Assembly: GCA_913043025.1 (NCBI GenBank)
Contig: CAJWLM010000004.1
Span: 76,443-140,442 of the forward strand
DNA from: an uncultured Rhodospirillaceae bacterium
GTDB taxonomy: Bacteria; Pseudomonadota; Alphaproteobacteria; UBA8366
DNA length: 64,000 nt
Direction: 5' to 3'
Shown piece after piece: positions 1 through 9,496 of this stretch (positions are counted from its first letter, which is position 1; every line of letters begins with the position of its first letter). The translations under genes and the position numbers were made by a program. The notes below the pieces were generated by a model. It was not told where the DNA came from. It ran no database searches and worked only from the letters and a program-made list of their open reading frames with translations.

Positions 1-370
1 TGCCCGAGTTGTACGACCACGACTCTAATGCGTAATCGAAACCGGCGAAAATCAATGCGATGACCACTGGATAGAAGAACGCGATATATAGAGTAAATTC
101 TATGATTGCCTGCGTTTTGGGCTTCAATAATCGGTAAATAACATCCGCTCTAACGTGGCCATTTCGGGACAAGGTATAGGCACCTGCCATCATAAAAAGC
201 GCACCAAACATCATATAGCTAAGATCAAATGCCCAAGCCGTCGGGTCTTGATGCGCTCGGCGCATATAGACCTCATAACCAATACCAAGAGCCATTACTA
301 AGATGCACCAAGCGAAAGCCCGACCTACCCAAGCGGTCGCAGTATCAATAATATTTATTAGCCGCTGCAT
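1..370 (-). CDS. TRAP transporter small permease (DctQ family), N-terminal part; gene runs off the left window edge
   Basis: Not in the ORF track because it is open at the edge. My translation of the minus strand from ATG 370-368 gives MQRLINIIDTATAWVGRAFAWCILVMALGIGYEVYMRR...GAYTLSRNGHVRADVIYRLL.... This is hydrophobic and has the G-H-V-R-x-D loop usual in DctQ proteins. It lies 90 bp downstream of the DctP-type gene on the same strand. Confidence 0.75.
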   Translation of the reverse strand, partial: MQRLINIIDTATAWVGRAFAWCILVMALGIGYEVYMRRAHQDPTAWAFDLSYMMFGALFMMAGAYTLSRNGHVRADVIYRLLKPKTQAIIEFTLYIAFFYPVVIALIFAGFDYALESWSYNSG

Positions 371-460
371 TGGTTAATTTTTTCTCCCTGAAAGGGCTAT
401 TGGATTCTATAAAATTAGGTTCGAGCCAATTCACACAAGAAAGTGCAAAATCTCCATCTG

Positions 461-1663
461 CTAGGAACTAATTTCATTTGGAAAGTGATGTTTGAAGGCA
501 AGCTTATAGTCAGCTGCATTCATAAGGTCATAAAAAGCTACCCTATATGACCAATCTTTTTGACTTTTGACAACTTTGGCGAAAAAAGGATCCTTTTCAA
601 GTTTTTTAAGGACTTCGTCCCATGAAAATAGTTGTGCCTTCATAACTGCTTGTGGCGTTCGTTTTACATTGACCTTATCTTTTTTGATCAGCCCCTGCAG
701 GTCTTTGGAATAGTTATCCATAGCAAAGCCATAATTCGCTGTGTTAGCTGCCTCCGCACTAAACTCCAATATTGCTTGTAGTTCTGGCGCCAGCTTTTCA
801 AATCGGTTCTTATTAAAAATTATTTCAAAAAATTCTGCAGCCTGGTGGTAACTCCCAAGCATGTAATTTTTTGAAACATCGTGTGCTCCGAACTGACGGT
901 CTGAGGTTGGATTATTAAATTCGAATGCCTCAATTACTCCACGCTCTAACGCCGGGATAATTTCGCCGCCTGGCAACTGTGTAACTTTGAGCCCCATACC
1001 TTGCATGATATCAGTTGCAAGCCCGACGGTCCGGTATTTTATACCTTTCATATCTTCCGTGGTTCGTATTTCTTTTTTAAACCAGCCAAGCGGTTGAGTA
1101 GGCATTGGCATGCAGAAAAATCCTACTAGGTTCAGTTTAAGAATGTCCTGTACTAGCTCACGATAAAGATCTTTTCCGCCACCATAGTGAATCCAAGCCA
1201 AAATTTGGGCGGCATTAGCACCAAACACAGGGCCAGTTCCAAAAAGAGATGCCGCTTTATTTTTGCCATACCAGTATGCAGTGACTGTATGAGCACCATC
1301 TAAAACACCTTTATGACAAGCATCCTGAACTTGAAATGCCTTAACTACTGCGCCTGCAGGTAGGAGGTCAATTTTAAGTCGGCCACCAGACATTTTGTCA
1401 ACACGTTCAACGTACTGTTTCGCCATTTCTTGAAATACGGACTTAGAACCCCACGACGATTGTACTTTAAGGGTTACGGTCTCTGCCCTTGAAATATTAG
1501 GCGCTGACGGCGGGTTCTTTTTTTTCTTTTCCTCTTCGGAGCTCTCATCGCATCCTGCGAGAATAACGGCGGCGGTGCTGGTAGCGGCCGCAATACCCGC
1601 ACCTTTGAGGAACTTCCGGCGCGAGGAACGAGATACAAGTGGTTTTTTTTCGGGAGCCGTCAT
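461..1663 (-). CDS. TRAP transporter substrate-binding protein (DctP family), Tat-signal lipoprotein
   Basis: Track ORF 461-1744. I place the start at ATG 1663-1661 (M28 of the track ORF) because AAGAGGA lies about 7 nt upstream. SRSSRRKFLKGAGIAAATSTAAVILAGC is a twin-arginine motif plus lipobox. The body is DctP-like (GLKVTQLPGGEIIPALERGVIEAFEFNNPTSD). Confidence 0.85.
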   Translation of the reverse strand: MTAPEKKPLVSRSSRRKFLKGAGIAAATSTAAVILAGCDESSEEEKKKKNPPSAPNISRAETVTLKVQSSWGSKSVFQEMAKQYVERVDKMSGGRLKIDLLPAGAVVKAFQVQDACHKGVLDGAHTVTAYWYGKNKAASLFGTGPVFGANAAQILAWIHYGGGKDLYRELVQDILKLNLVGFFCMPMPTQPLGWFKKEIRTTEDMKGIKYRTVGLATDIMQGMGLKVTQLPGGEIIPALERGVIEAFEFNNPTSDRQFGAHDVSKNYMLGSYHQAAEFFEIIFNKNRFEKLAPELQAILEFSAEAANTANYGFAMDNYSKDLQGLIKKDKVNVKRTPQAVMKAQLFSWDEVLKKLEKDPFFAKVVKSQKDWSYRVAFYDLMNAADYKLAFKHHFPNEISS

Positions 1664-1920
1664 AGTTATGTCCTCTTTGTTGGTAATTGTGATGTTGAAG
1701 GTAAGGATTACACTATTAAACTCCTCAACACCTCGAAGTTTCAAGTATGTTTCTTACCAGTCTGAAATCTGATGAGGCTAAAAAGTAATCTGAATTAGCA
1801 GGATGATGGTGTGTTTCCACTCAACATTAAAATGCTACTTAATCATCATTGAAACACATTGCGATGAGCAAAATTACTAAACGTTGCCGAGAAGCCCCTT
1901 CAAGCTGTAAAAATATAAGA

Positions 1921-2799
1921 ATGTTTGAACAGTCTGAGATTTATAAGCATATTGTTGTTGATCCTATTACGCCTGTCATTGGGGCGGAAGTTACTTGTGC
2001 TAATTTAGCGCAAGTACCCCTGCCTGAGGTCATACAGGAAATTCATCTTGCACTGATGCGGCACCAGGTATTGTTCTTTCATAATCAGGATATAACACCC
2101 GTCGAATTCGCGGCCTGGGCTGGTCAATTCGGTAGGCTAAGAAGAGCGCGTAGGGCGGCTTTTGAATTACTTGAGGGGGCGCCTGAGGTTGCGGTGATAG
2201 TTAATGATAAGAGTCGTCCCCCTAATGTGAACCATTTCCATCCAGACGGAATATTTCGTAAGCAACCGGAATTTGCATCAATACTCCATAGCAAAGAAGT
2301 CCCAGAATACGGTGGGGATACTGTCTTTGTAAGTATGACCGCTGCTTATGAATCTCTTTCCACTGATATGAAGAGCTATCTGGCATCAAAGAGCGCGACG
2401 CAAGACTTTATGAAGTTACATGGCAGTGCAGTTAAGGCTCGCAGCTGGAAAGGTGAAAATGCAGTTCGGATGAAGTTGATGGCTAAAGATCATCCTCCTA
2501 TTAGTCATCCAATAGTGCGTAAGCATCCAGTTACAGGCCTGCCTAGCCTCTATGTGTCAGAAAGTTTCACGACGTGTATAGATAAGGTGCCTGTAGATGA
2601 ATCAGATGCGAAACTGTTAGAATTGTATCGCCACTACGAGAGGCCCGAATTTCAATGTCGCTTCCGGTGGCGTCCCAATTCAATTGCCTTTTGGGACAAC
2701 CGAGCAACGTTACATTATGCCGTAGCCGATTATTGGCCTCAAAAAAGGCTGATGCATAGGCTGACAATTGAAACAGATGCGCTCGGCAGTGATGTCTGA
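1921..2799 (+). CDS. TauD/TfdA-family Fe(II)/2-oxoglutarate dioxygenase
   Basis: Track ORF 1849-2799 has a TTG start. The probable start is ATG 1921 (MFEQSEIYKHIVVDPITPVIGAEV), by N-terminal length compared with TauD. Readable motifs are FHPDG (HxD), a distal His in RATLHYAV and Arg in RLMHRL. Confidence 0.85.
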   Translation: MFEQSEIYKHIVVDPITPVIGAEVTCANLAQVPLPEVIQEIHLALMRHQVLFFHNQDITPVEFAAWAGQFGRLRRARRAAFELLEGAPEVAVIVNDKSRPPNVNHFHPDGIFRKQPEFASILHSKEVPEYGGDTVFVSMTAAYESLSTDMKSYLASKSATQDFMKLHGSAVKARSWKGENAVRMKLMAKDHPPISHPIVRKHPVTGLPSLYVSESFTTCIDKVPVDESDAKLLELYRHYERPEFQCRFRWRPNSIAFWDNRATLHYAVADYWPQKRLMHRLTIETDALGSDV

Positions 2800-2859
2800 G
2801 AACTTCGTATCCGTACATGTAATACTGAAGGTACCCCATTACAACGGAAGGACACCAAT

Positions 2860-4272
2860 ATGAATAAACTGTCTGAGCCCTTTAATGCTGGCGGAAATAG
2901 TGCAACCGCAGCGTTAGCAGAATTTGTTGTGAATTTTGATTTAGCGTCTATAGACGATTTTACTTTAAACAGGGCTCGTATTCACTTGTTTGATACCTTA
3001 GGCGCCTGCATTGCAGGCGCTGTGCAACAAGTGACAATTGCGAGTAAAAAAACGATGGCCGAATTAGCGCCCGATGGGGATGTGCCGGTTCCTGGGCAAA
3101 GCGGGCGGTATAATGTGCTTACGGCAGCATTTCTTGCGGGCACTGCGGGGCACGGGCTCGAATTGGATGACGGATATCGCCCGGCCGGCTCCCATCCTGG
3201 CGTGGCCATCGTTCCAGCCATTCTTGCCGCTGGCTATCGGTATAATATCAGTGGCCGAAGCTTTTTGAGCGCAATGATTGTTGGTTATGAAGTTATGGGT
3301 CGTGTTGCTGCAGCTATGCATCCACGTCAGCGTCAACGCGGGTTTCACGGCACTCCAATAGCTGGTGTTATCGGTGCTGCTGCCGCCGTATCTGCAATAA
3401 AAGGACATTCTGCTGCGATAATTCGCAACGCTTTTGGCCTAGCTGCATCAATGGCATCTGGAATCAATACTCATCGATCGGGCGGAGATGCAAAGCGTAT
3501 GCATCCAGGGTTAGCCGCTCAAAATGGCATTATGGCATCAAACTTGGCGGAGAATGGGTTTTCCGGGCTTGAGACGGCTCTGGAAGATAAATATGGGTTT
3601 TTTGCTACGTTTGCTGGTACGGATGGAGACGCTCCAGATTGGGATAAAATTGATATTATGTGTCAGGGTGGACGGATAAATTCAGATTATGTAATCGGTG
3701 ATTGCTATATTAAGCCGCACGCCTGTTGTAGGCATTTGCATCCAATGTTGGATGCGCTGATAGATATCCTTGTTAAGGAAGAATTAAACCCAAAGGATAT
3801 TGAGAGTATTGATGTTGGCATTTACGAGGTGGGACTTGTGCACGGGGATATTGGTTGGGATACCTTTACAACAGCGCAGATGTCCATTCCCTTCACGGCA
3901 GCAACTGCACTTCATCATCGTTCTGTACAGCTTGGACATTTCACTCCGGAGGCGAGAAAAAATGTCTCCGTCATAGGGGATTGCGCTAAGGTGAATACTT
4001 ATCTTGATAAGGAGTTAGATGCGGTTTATCCGCAAAAACGGCCAACCCGCGTCGAGGTAAGGACTGCGGATGGCCGTAAGTTTTCGAAACAAGTAGATGA
4101 GCCATTGGGTTCGGCGCGTAATCCCGTGTCAGATACTGCAATGATTGAAAAGTACCAAGGACTTACCGTGCCAGTCCTCGGTGAAACTCGTGCAAAAGAA
4201 GTATTAGCTAATCTGCAACAAATCGATACGGTAGATGACTTGCGTCGGGTTATTGAATTAATGGCGATATAG
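2860..4272 (+). CDS. MmgE/PrpD-family protein (paralog 1)
   Basis: 470 aa with SD GGAAGGA upstream. Family landmarks are FDTLGACIAG, HGLELDDGY, GFHGT and KRMHPG. The same landmark set occurs in the three other paralogs in this window. Confidence 0.9.
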   Translation: MNKLSEPFNAGGNSATAALAEFVVNFDLASIDDFTLNRARIHLFDTLGACIAGAVQQVTIASKKTMAELAPDGDVPVPGQSGRYNVLTAAFLAGTAGHGLELDDGYRPAGSHPGVAIVPAILAAGYRYNISGRSFLSAMIVGYEVMGRVAAAMHPRQRQRGFHGTPIAGVIGAAAAVSAIKGHSAAIIRNAFGLAASMASGINTHRSGGDAKRMHPGLAAQNGIMASNLAENGFSGLETALEDKYGFFATFAGTDGDAPDWDKIDIMCQGGRINSDYVIGDCYIKPHACCRHLHPMLDALIDILVKEELNPKDIESIDVGIYEVGLVHGDIGWDTFTTAQMSIPFTAATALHHRSVQLGHFTPEARKNVSVIGDCAKVNTYLDKELDAVYPQKRPTRVEVRTADGRKFSKQVDEPLGSARNPVSDTAMIEKYQGLTVPVLGETRAKEVLANLQQIDTVDDLRRVIELMAI

Positions 4273-4353
4273 GTTTCCGTTGAGAATAAGGTTTGTCGCC
4301 CTATGGAGTTGCAAAGAGCTAGCTCAGTGAATGATGCCTAATGGAGAACAGAA

Positions 4354-5715
4354 ATGAGTGAAAAAAAGATAGAGACAAGCGAGGTAATGAAGAAACTGGC
4401 TTCTTACATAGCCGACGCAGGTCAAATGAACTTACCTGCGGATGCTGCTGAACACGGGAAGCATCATCTTATCGATACTGTGGCTTCCATAATATCTGGC
4501 TCAAGATTAGCGCCTGGTAAAATCATTATGAAGTACATGAGAAGTCTGGGTGGCACTAAAGAGGCTTTGTTGTTAGGAAGTGATTATGTGACAACCGCAG
4601 TCAATGCTGCTTTTGGTAATGCTATGATAGCTCATGCCGATGAAACCGATGATTCACATAAAGAGTCCCGAAGCCACATAGGATGCGGGGCAGTGCCAGC
4701 AGCTCTTGCAATGGCTGAACGTGAGGGGGCCTCTGGTAGGGAGCTATTAAATGCAGTGGTCCTTGGTTACGACATAGGTGCCAGAACTAATTTCTCTATC
4801 GGTGTCCATTCTATGTATGATGCTGGACACAGCACGCATACTTTCGCTCCTACTTTTGGAGCGGCTGCCTCAGCCATGGCGTTAGCAGGCCTCAGCGCAG
4901 ATCAGGTTCGCTGGGGCATATCGTATACGGCACAACAGGTGAGCGGCATAAACTGTTGGCAGCGTGATTTAGACCATGTTGAAAAGGGCTTTGATTTTGG
5001 TGGTATGGCTGGCCGAAATGGTGTTACGGCAGCCACACTTGTGCAGTCCGGTTTCACCGGCGTTGACGATGTGTTTGTTGGACCACGTAACTTCTATTCT
5101 ACTTATTCAACTGAGCCTCGGCCTGAAGCCATGGTTGATGGGCTGGGTGAACGATTTGAAGTCATACAAACGAATATAAAGAAATGGACGGTTGGATCTC
5201 CCATACAAGCACCCCTCGACTGCATAGAAGTACTGCAGAGAGATAATGATTTATCGGGAGAAAATATCAAACATATTAAGCTTCGCCTTTCAGACATGGA
5301 AAGTCCGGTGGTTGATGATCGTCACATGGCCGATATTTGTATTCAACATATGGTTGCTTTGATGATCTTAGATGGTACAGCAACATTTGCTTCTGCTCAT
5401 GATGAGGCACGTATGACAGACCCAGCTGTGGTTGAGTTCCGCAGGAAGATTGAGCTTGTTGGTGAAAAAGACATACCGCGACGTAATGCTATCGTAGAGG
5501 TTACCCTAACCAACGGCGATGTCCTCTCACATAAACAAGTTGCAGTTCGTGGCACTCCGGACAACCCAATGACGCGCCAGGAAGTAGATGAAAAAGCATT
5601 TGAGCTAATGGCGCCAATTTTAGGGCAGAGTAACACACGGTCCTTAATTGATAAGGTTTGGGAAATTGAGGTTATTGATAATGTGAGGGAATTACGACCA
5701 TTGATGGTAGCTTGA
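4354..5715 (+). CDS. MmgE/PrpD-family protein (paralog 2), tandem to paralog 1
   Basis: 453 aa with SD GGAGA upstream. Landmarks are HHLIDTVASIISG and HADETDDSH. Same strand as paralog 1, 81 bp downstream. Confidence 0.9.
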   Translation: MSEKKIETSEVMKKLASYIADAGQMNLPADAAEHGKHHLIDTVASIISGSRLAPGKIIMKYMRSLGGTKEALLLGSDYVTTAVNAAFGNAMIAHADETDDSHKESRSHIGCGAVPAALAMAEREGASGRELLNAVVLGYDIGARTNFSIGVHSMYDAGHSTHTFAPTFGAAASAMALAGLSADQVRWGISYTAQQVSGINCWQRDLDHVEKGFDFGGMAGRNGVTAATLVQSGFTGVDDVFVGPRNFYSTYSTEPRPEAMVDGLGERFEVIQTNIKKWTVGSPIQAPLDCIEVLQRDNDLSGENIKHIKLRLSDMESPVVDDRHMADICIQHMVALMILDGTATFASAHDEARMTDPAVVEFRRKIELVGEKDIPRRNAIVEVTLTNGDVLSHKQVAVRGTPDNPMTRQEVDEKAFELMAPILGQSNTRSLIDKVWEIEVIDNVRELRPLMVA

Positions 5716-5998
5716 ACCTTCTGATTTATTCCTGAAACAGATCGTAATTAATGTCATTGGTCACTATTCTTGCTTCAAGAATATTAAAATGCGCTGCATT
5801 CCAAAGAATATTAATGCTGCGTGATTATGCGCCGGGGAAAAATCCAGGCGCCTTTAATTATTTTTTTAATAAATTGCACCTCGGCACGAGCTTCATAGCG
5901 GTCCGACCACCATTCAATCGGCAGTGTCTGGGATTGGCTGATATTTTTTGTTAGCAAAAAAGGTCTGCCCCTACCAGCCTAGTCCAGCGATTTGACTT

Positions 5999-7996
5999 CT
6001 ATTGAGGGCCTCCAATCCAGAAAGGCATCTCATAATCAAAATATGTTGCAGTAAACCACTGCAAAAGCCCTGGAGGATATTCTAATGTCAGAGCGCCTGA
6101 GAGTATGCCTAGGAAAACAAAAGCAGATAATCCTAACAATCCATTCCTGAGATGGTTCTTTCCAACTTTAACGTGGACAAAATGCCATATAAAAAACATT
6201 GCTCCAAGCGGGTATCCGACAACTGACATGAACAAAAGCATGCCGATGATCCAGAGTAGATAATACCACTCTGAATGCACAGTCTCAGTGTTAGTTTCCC
6301 TGTCGCATAGGGCTGTTCGAGGCTCGGTTGCCAGCAATTGTTGATACAGTAATGGAAGAATAAATAATAAGCCTACTCCACCAACTGCAAATGGAAAAAT
6401 TCGACCCATTGTTTCATACTTGAAACCGTCTAAGGCTGCGGCGGTTACGATTCCTAACATAAGAAGTGTAAATATAATTTGTGGACGCCGATTGCGTGTA
6501 GTGTGATCGCCATCCTCGCCGTATGTCTTGCCAGCATTTGGGTTATATCGGAGAGCAGCAATTATGGAAATTATTGTCAATGCCACCAGCAACCAAAGCA
6601 TCCACCGATCTGCAATTTTGTCCCACGAATTATAGATTTGCAATGATTGATAGAGACTGGTCTCTATTCTTGTGGAGAGAAAGAAGCCTATTAACAATGC
6701 CGGACGCGACCAGCCAAAACGCTTCATAAAGACCCCAAGGGTACCAAAGATGAAAAGACTGATCAGGTCAGCCCAGATGCGCGTGGCCTGGAATGCAGCA
6801 AAAAAGATCAGAACTAGCATGAATGGCGCAAGGTATCCGTATTTTATAGTTGTTAAACGAGCGATGTAGGGAGCGAGGAGAATGCAGGAGCCTGCCCCGA
6901 AAACGTTCGCGAGGGCAAGTGACCAAATCATCGTGTATGTAAGATGGAGCTTGGTAGTGATCATTTCTGTGCCCGGCTCAATACCGATAAGAATAAAGCC
7001 TGACAACATGATTGCGTAGCTACCTGAACCTGGAATGCCAAATAATATTGTGGGAATCATTGCCCCGCCCTCTTTGGCATTATTTGACGACTCAGGAGCA
7101 AGCACACCACGAATGTCTCCAGTCCCAAATTTTTCTCGGTCTTTTGACGTTTGGATCACGTGTCCGTATGCAATCCAATCGACTACAGAACCGCCTAGCC
7201 CCGGGAGCGCACCGACGATGCACCCGATGGTTGCGCAACGAACAACGATAAACCAATTTTTAAAAGCGTCTTTTACACCGCGTATCCAGCCCTTGCCGAG
7301 AACTGTTCCATCTTCGGAAATTGTTTGATGACGGCGTACAAGATCAATGATCTCTGGCATTGCAAACATACCAAGGCCAATGATAACAATTTTTATTCCA
7401 TCGCTTAAGTAAATGAGATCGAAAGTTAGACGAAATGCACCGTGGGGCTCATAGCCTACCATGCCAATTACGAGACCGACAACGCACGTCGCCAAACCCT
7501 TTAAGGCATTATTTCCTGTCAGCATGCCAATCATGCTCAGTGCCAGCATAATCAGCATGAATTGTTCAATCAGTCCGAATAGCAATATTATAGGACGTGC
7601 AGCAAAAATTGCCGCGGTGAGAACACATGCTCCAAAAAGCCCCCCAAACAATGACGCAGTGAAAGCTGCACCTAACGCCCGCGCACCCTCACCCCTTTTA
7701 GAGAGTGGGAAACCATCCATGACTGTAGCCTGCGATCCGGACGTACCAGGGATGCCCATTAAGACAGATGGAAATGTATCAGAGGTCGTTGTTGGTGCCA
7801 GAAGACCGACCATCATAGCTAGCGCGGAGGCTTGATCCATATCAAAAACAAAAGGAAGTAGCAGCGATAAACCAGCTACACCTCCAAGGCCCGGCAACAC
7901 ACCTACTACGAGCCCTAAAGCAGTTCCAAGTAATAAGAAAAACAGGTGCTCTAACGCAAAAAGATTTACTAGAGCCTGAAAGAAAACATCATCCAT
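5999..7996 (-). CDS. tctA: Tripartite tricarboxylate transporter large permease TctA with a C-terminal TctB-like 4-TM extension (apparent TctA-TctB fusion)
   Basis: 665 aa with SD GGAGGG upstream. The N-terminal ~500 aa are TctA-like (GVLPGLGGVAGLSLLLPF, MGIPGTSGSQATVMDG, ALPGLGGSVVDWIAYG). The last ~160 aa form four further hydrophobic helices, and no separate tctB gene exists between tctC and tctA. Confidence 0.85.
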   Translation of the reverse strand: MDDVFFQALVNLFALEHLFFLLLGTALGLVVGVLPGLGGVAGLSLLLPFVFDMDQASALAMMVGLLAPTTTSDTFPSVLMGIPGTSGSQATVMDGFPLSKRGEGARALGAAFTASLFGGLFGACVLTAAIFAARPIILLFGLIEQFMLIMLALSMIGMLTGNNALKGLATCVVGLVIGMVGYEPHGAFRLTFDLIYLSDGIKIVIIGLGMFAMPEIIDLVRRHQTISEDGTVLGKGWIRGVKDAFKNWFIVVRCATIGCIVGALPGLGGSVVDWIAYGHVIQTSKDREKFGTGDIRGVLAPESSNNAKEGGAMIPTILFGIPGSGSYAIMLSGFILIGIEPGTEMITTKLHLTYTMIWSLALANVFGAGSCILLAPYIARLTTIKYGYLAPFMLVLIFFAAFQATRIWADLISLFIFGTLGVFMKRFGWSRPALLIGFFLSTRIETSLYQSLQIYNSWDKIADRWMLWLLVALTIISIIAALRYNPNAGKTYGEDGDHTTRNRRPQIIFTLLMLGIVTAAALDGFKYETMGRIFPFAVGGVGLLFILPLLYQQLLATEPRTALCDRETNTETVHSEWYYLLWIIGMLLFMSVVGYPLGAMFFIWHFVHVKVGKNHLRNGLLGLSAFVFLGILSGALTLEYPPGLLQWFTATYFDYEMPFWIGGPQ

Positions 7997-8286
7997 TGCT
8001 AACCCTCCACCCTTTTTCTCAGGGAGCCTTTATGCAATTCGTCGATATGGATACTAACCACTCCTAATACATTACTAATATTTAGCGCACTTATTGAAAC
8101 CAGGAAAGTGGCAAATTCAATTAAGATGGCATGATGTTTGGCTTGTGCACAAACCGAGCAGCGCTATTGGAGGCGATTGATAACGTGCGGGGCTTGCATG
8201 CCTAAAAACTAAGCAGGTGCGAATGGAAAAGATGAAATTGTGAGGCGCGGCGTTAAATAGCTCCAATACCCTTATATATGTCATAT

Positions 8287-8323
8287 CCCAAAAAGAAAGC
8301 GCCCGGATTGAGATCCGGGCGCT
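8287..8323 (-). terminator. Rho-independent terminator/attenuator after the TctC-like gene
   Basis: Perfect 9-bp GC-rich stem agcgcccgg (8298-8306) / ccgggcgct (8315-8323) with an 8-nt loop. On the minus strand it is followed by TTCTTTTT, and it begins 25 nt after the stop codon of the 8348-9496 gene. Confidence 0.65.
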
Positions 8324-8347
8324 AACATTGTTCAAAACTTCTACAGT

Positions 8348-9496
8348 TTAGATCTTAAGATCAAGATTATACCTCGTTTTTAGGTATTTCCTGAAATATG
8401 CCTTCTCGCCTTTTGTCAGAGAGAAGTTCTTTTTCATAACGTCGCCAGCAGCTGCTCCAACGGTTACAGCGTATGGCCCAATGATACGATCTTTCCTCTT
8501 AATGAAGTCTGGATCTTTCATTGCTTTGTTAAAGGCGTCACGCCAAGCTTTGAGCACTGGAGCTGGAGTGCCACCTTGCAGCAAGTAAGCTTTATTGACG
8601 TTAACACCAATCTTCGTGAGCTTCATTGTCGCAGCAGCAGCTGCACCGGTGAATTTCTTTCCAGTAGCTGCCTCGTAATATTCAAAGTAAGAAGGAACGT
8701 TTGGATACACGGCATCGCGATTCCATTTCCCATTCTTATCTTTCCAATTGCCGCCACCATCTGGTGCGCCAAATGTGAATATTTCAACCGATAATCCTTC
8801 GTCGCGGAAAGATTTACGATTGTTGAGGTACGATAGACAATTATCATACATGAGCGTAAATTCACCGCGCTCAAATGCTAGAGCCATCGGGCCATTACCC
8901 TTCATGCCCCAGACGTTTTTGAGCTCTATACCCATCAACGAGAAGGCTGCCCGATAGTTGATGTCTGTAGATGTCGGTGTTTTACCGCCCATCACAAGCG
9001 CATCTTTAGGCAAAGATGCCATTTTTGCCAACTGAGCTTTCGGGCTTAATCCCTTAAGGCCAAGCTCTGGCCGACCATAAATCATCGAGCTACGTGGCAG
9101 AAGTGCAATTGGGTCCCATTTCATAATATCGAACTTCACGCGTGGGTCTTTTAGCACGTAGTTCATAACGGTTGAAATGGAGACAGCCATCACCCATGTG
9201 CCATCTTTTTTGGCGCGAGCTTGGAAGTAATTACCTCCAACTATGCCACCTGCGCCGGGTTTGTTGACAACCAAAATTTTTGGCTTGCCTGGCAGGGCCC
9301 GCTCCAAATATGGCTGCAAAAAACGGGCGAGGCTATCCGTGCCACCACCCTCGTTGAAGGGTATAATTACGCGGATGCGCTTACCCGCGAAGTCAACCGC
9401 TTTGGCTTCATTTGCGGTCGTCACGCCGAGCGAAATGGCAAATGCCGATATGGCAAGAGCGCAAGCCACGCGGCCTGAGAGCAATTTCTTGATCAT
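8348..9496 (-). CDS. tctC: Tripartite tricarboxylate transporter substrate-binding protein (TctC/Bug family), long variant
   Basis: 382 aa with a signal peptide (ACALAISAFAISLGVTTANEAKA) and SD GGGAGG. Bug-family core is IRVIIPFNEGGGTDSLARFLQPYLERALPGKPKILVVNKPGAGGIVGG. About 50-60 aa longer than the usual Bug protein. Confidence 0.8.
   Translation of the reverse strand: MIKKLLSGRVACALAISAFAISLGVTTANEAKAVDFAGKRIRVIIPFNEGGGTDSLARFLQPYLERALPGKPKILVVNKPGAGGIVGGNYFQARAKKDGTWVMAVSISTVMNYVLKDPRVKFDIMKWDPIALLPRSSMIYGRPELGLKGLSPKAQLAKMASLPKDALVMGGKTPTSTDINYRAAFSLMGIELKNVWGMKGNGPMALAFERGEFTLMYDNCLSYLNNRKSFRDEGLSVEIFTFGAPDGGGNWKDKNGKWNRDAVYPNVPSYFEYYEAATGKKFTGAAAAATMKLTKIGVNVNKAYLLQGGTPAPVLKAWRDAFNKAMKDPDFIKRKDRIIGPYAVTVGAAAGDVMKKNFSLTKGEKAYFRKYLKTRYNLDLKI

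Noticed and set aside
418-427. GGTTCGAGCC, resembling a tRNA T-arm
   Set aside because: No acceptor, D or anticodon stems can be built from the flanking sequence. It is just the dctP-dctQ spacer.
8117-8335. 72-aa ORF between tctC and tctA, considered as a possible tctB
   Set aside because: It is not hydrophobic, whereas TctB is a 4-TM protein. It also overlaps the terminator hairpin. The TctB-like helices are found fused to TctA instead.
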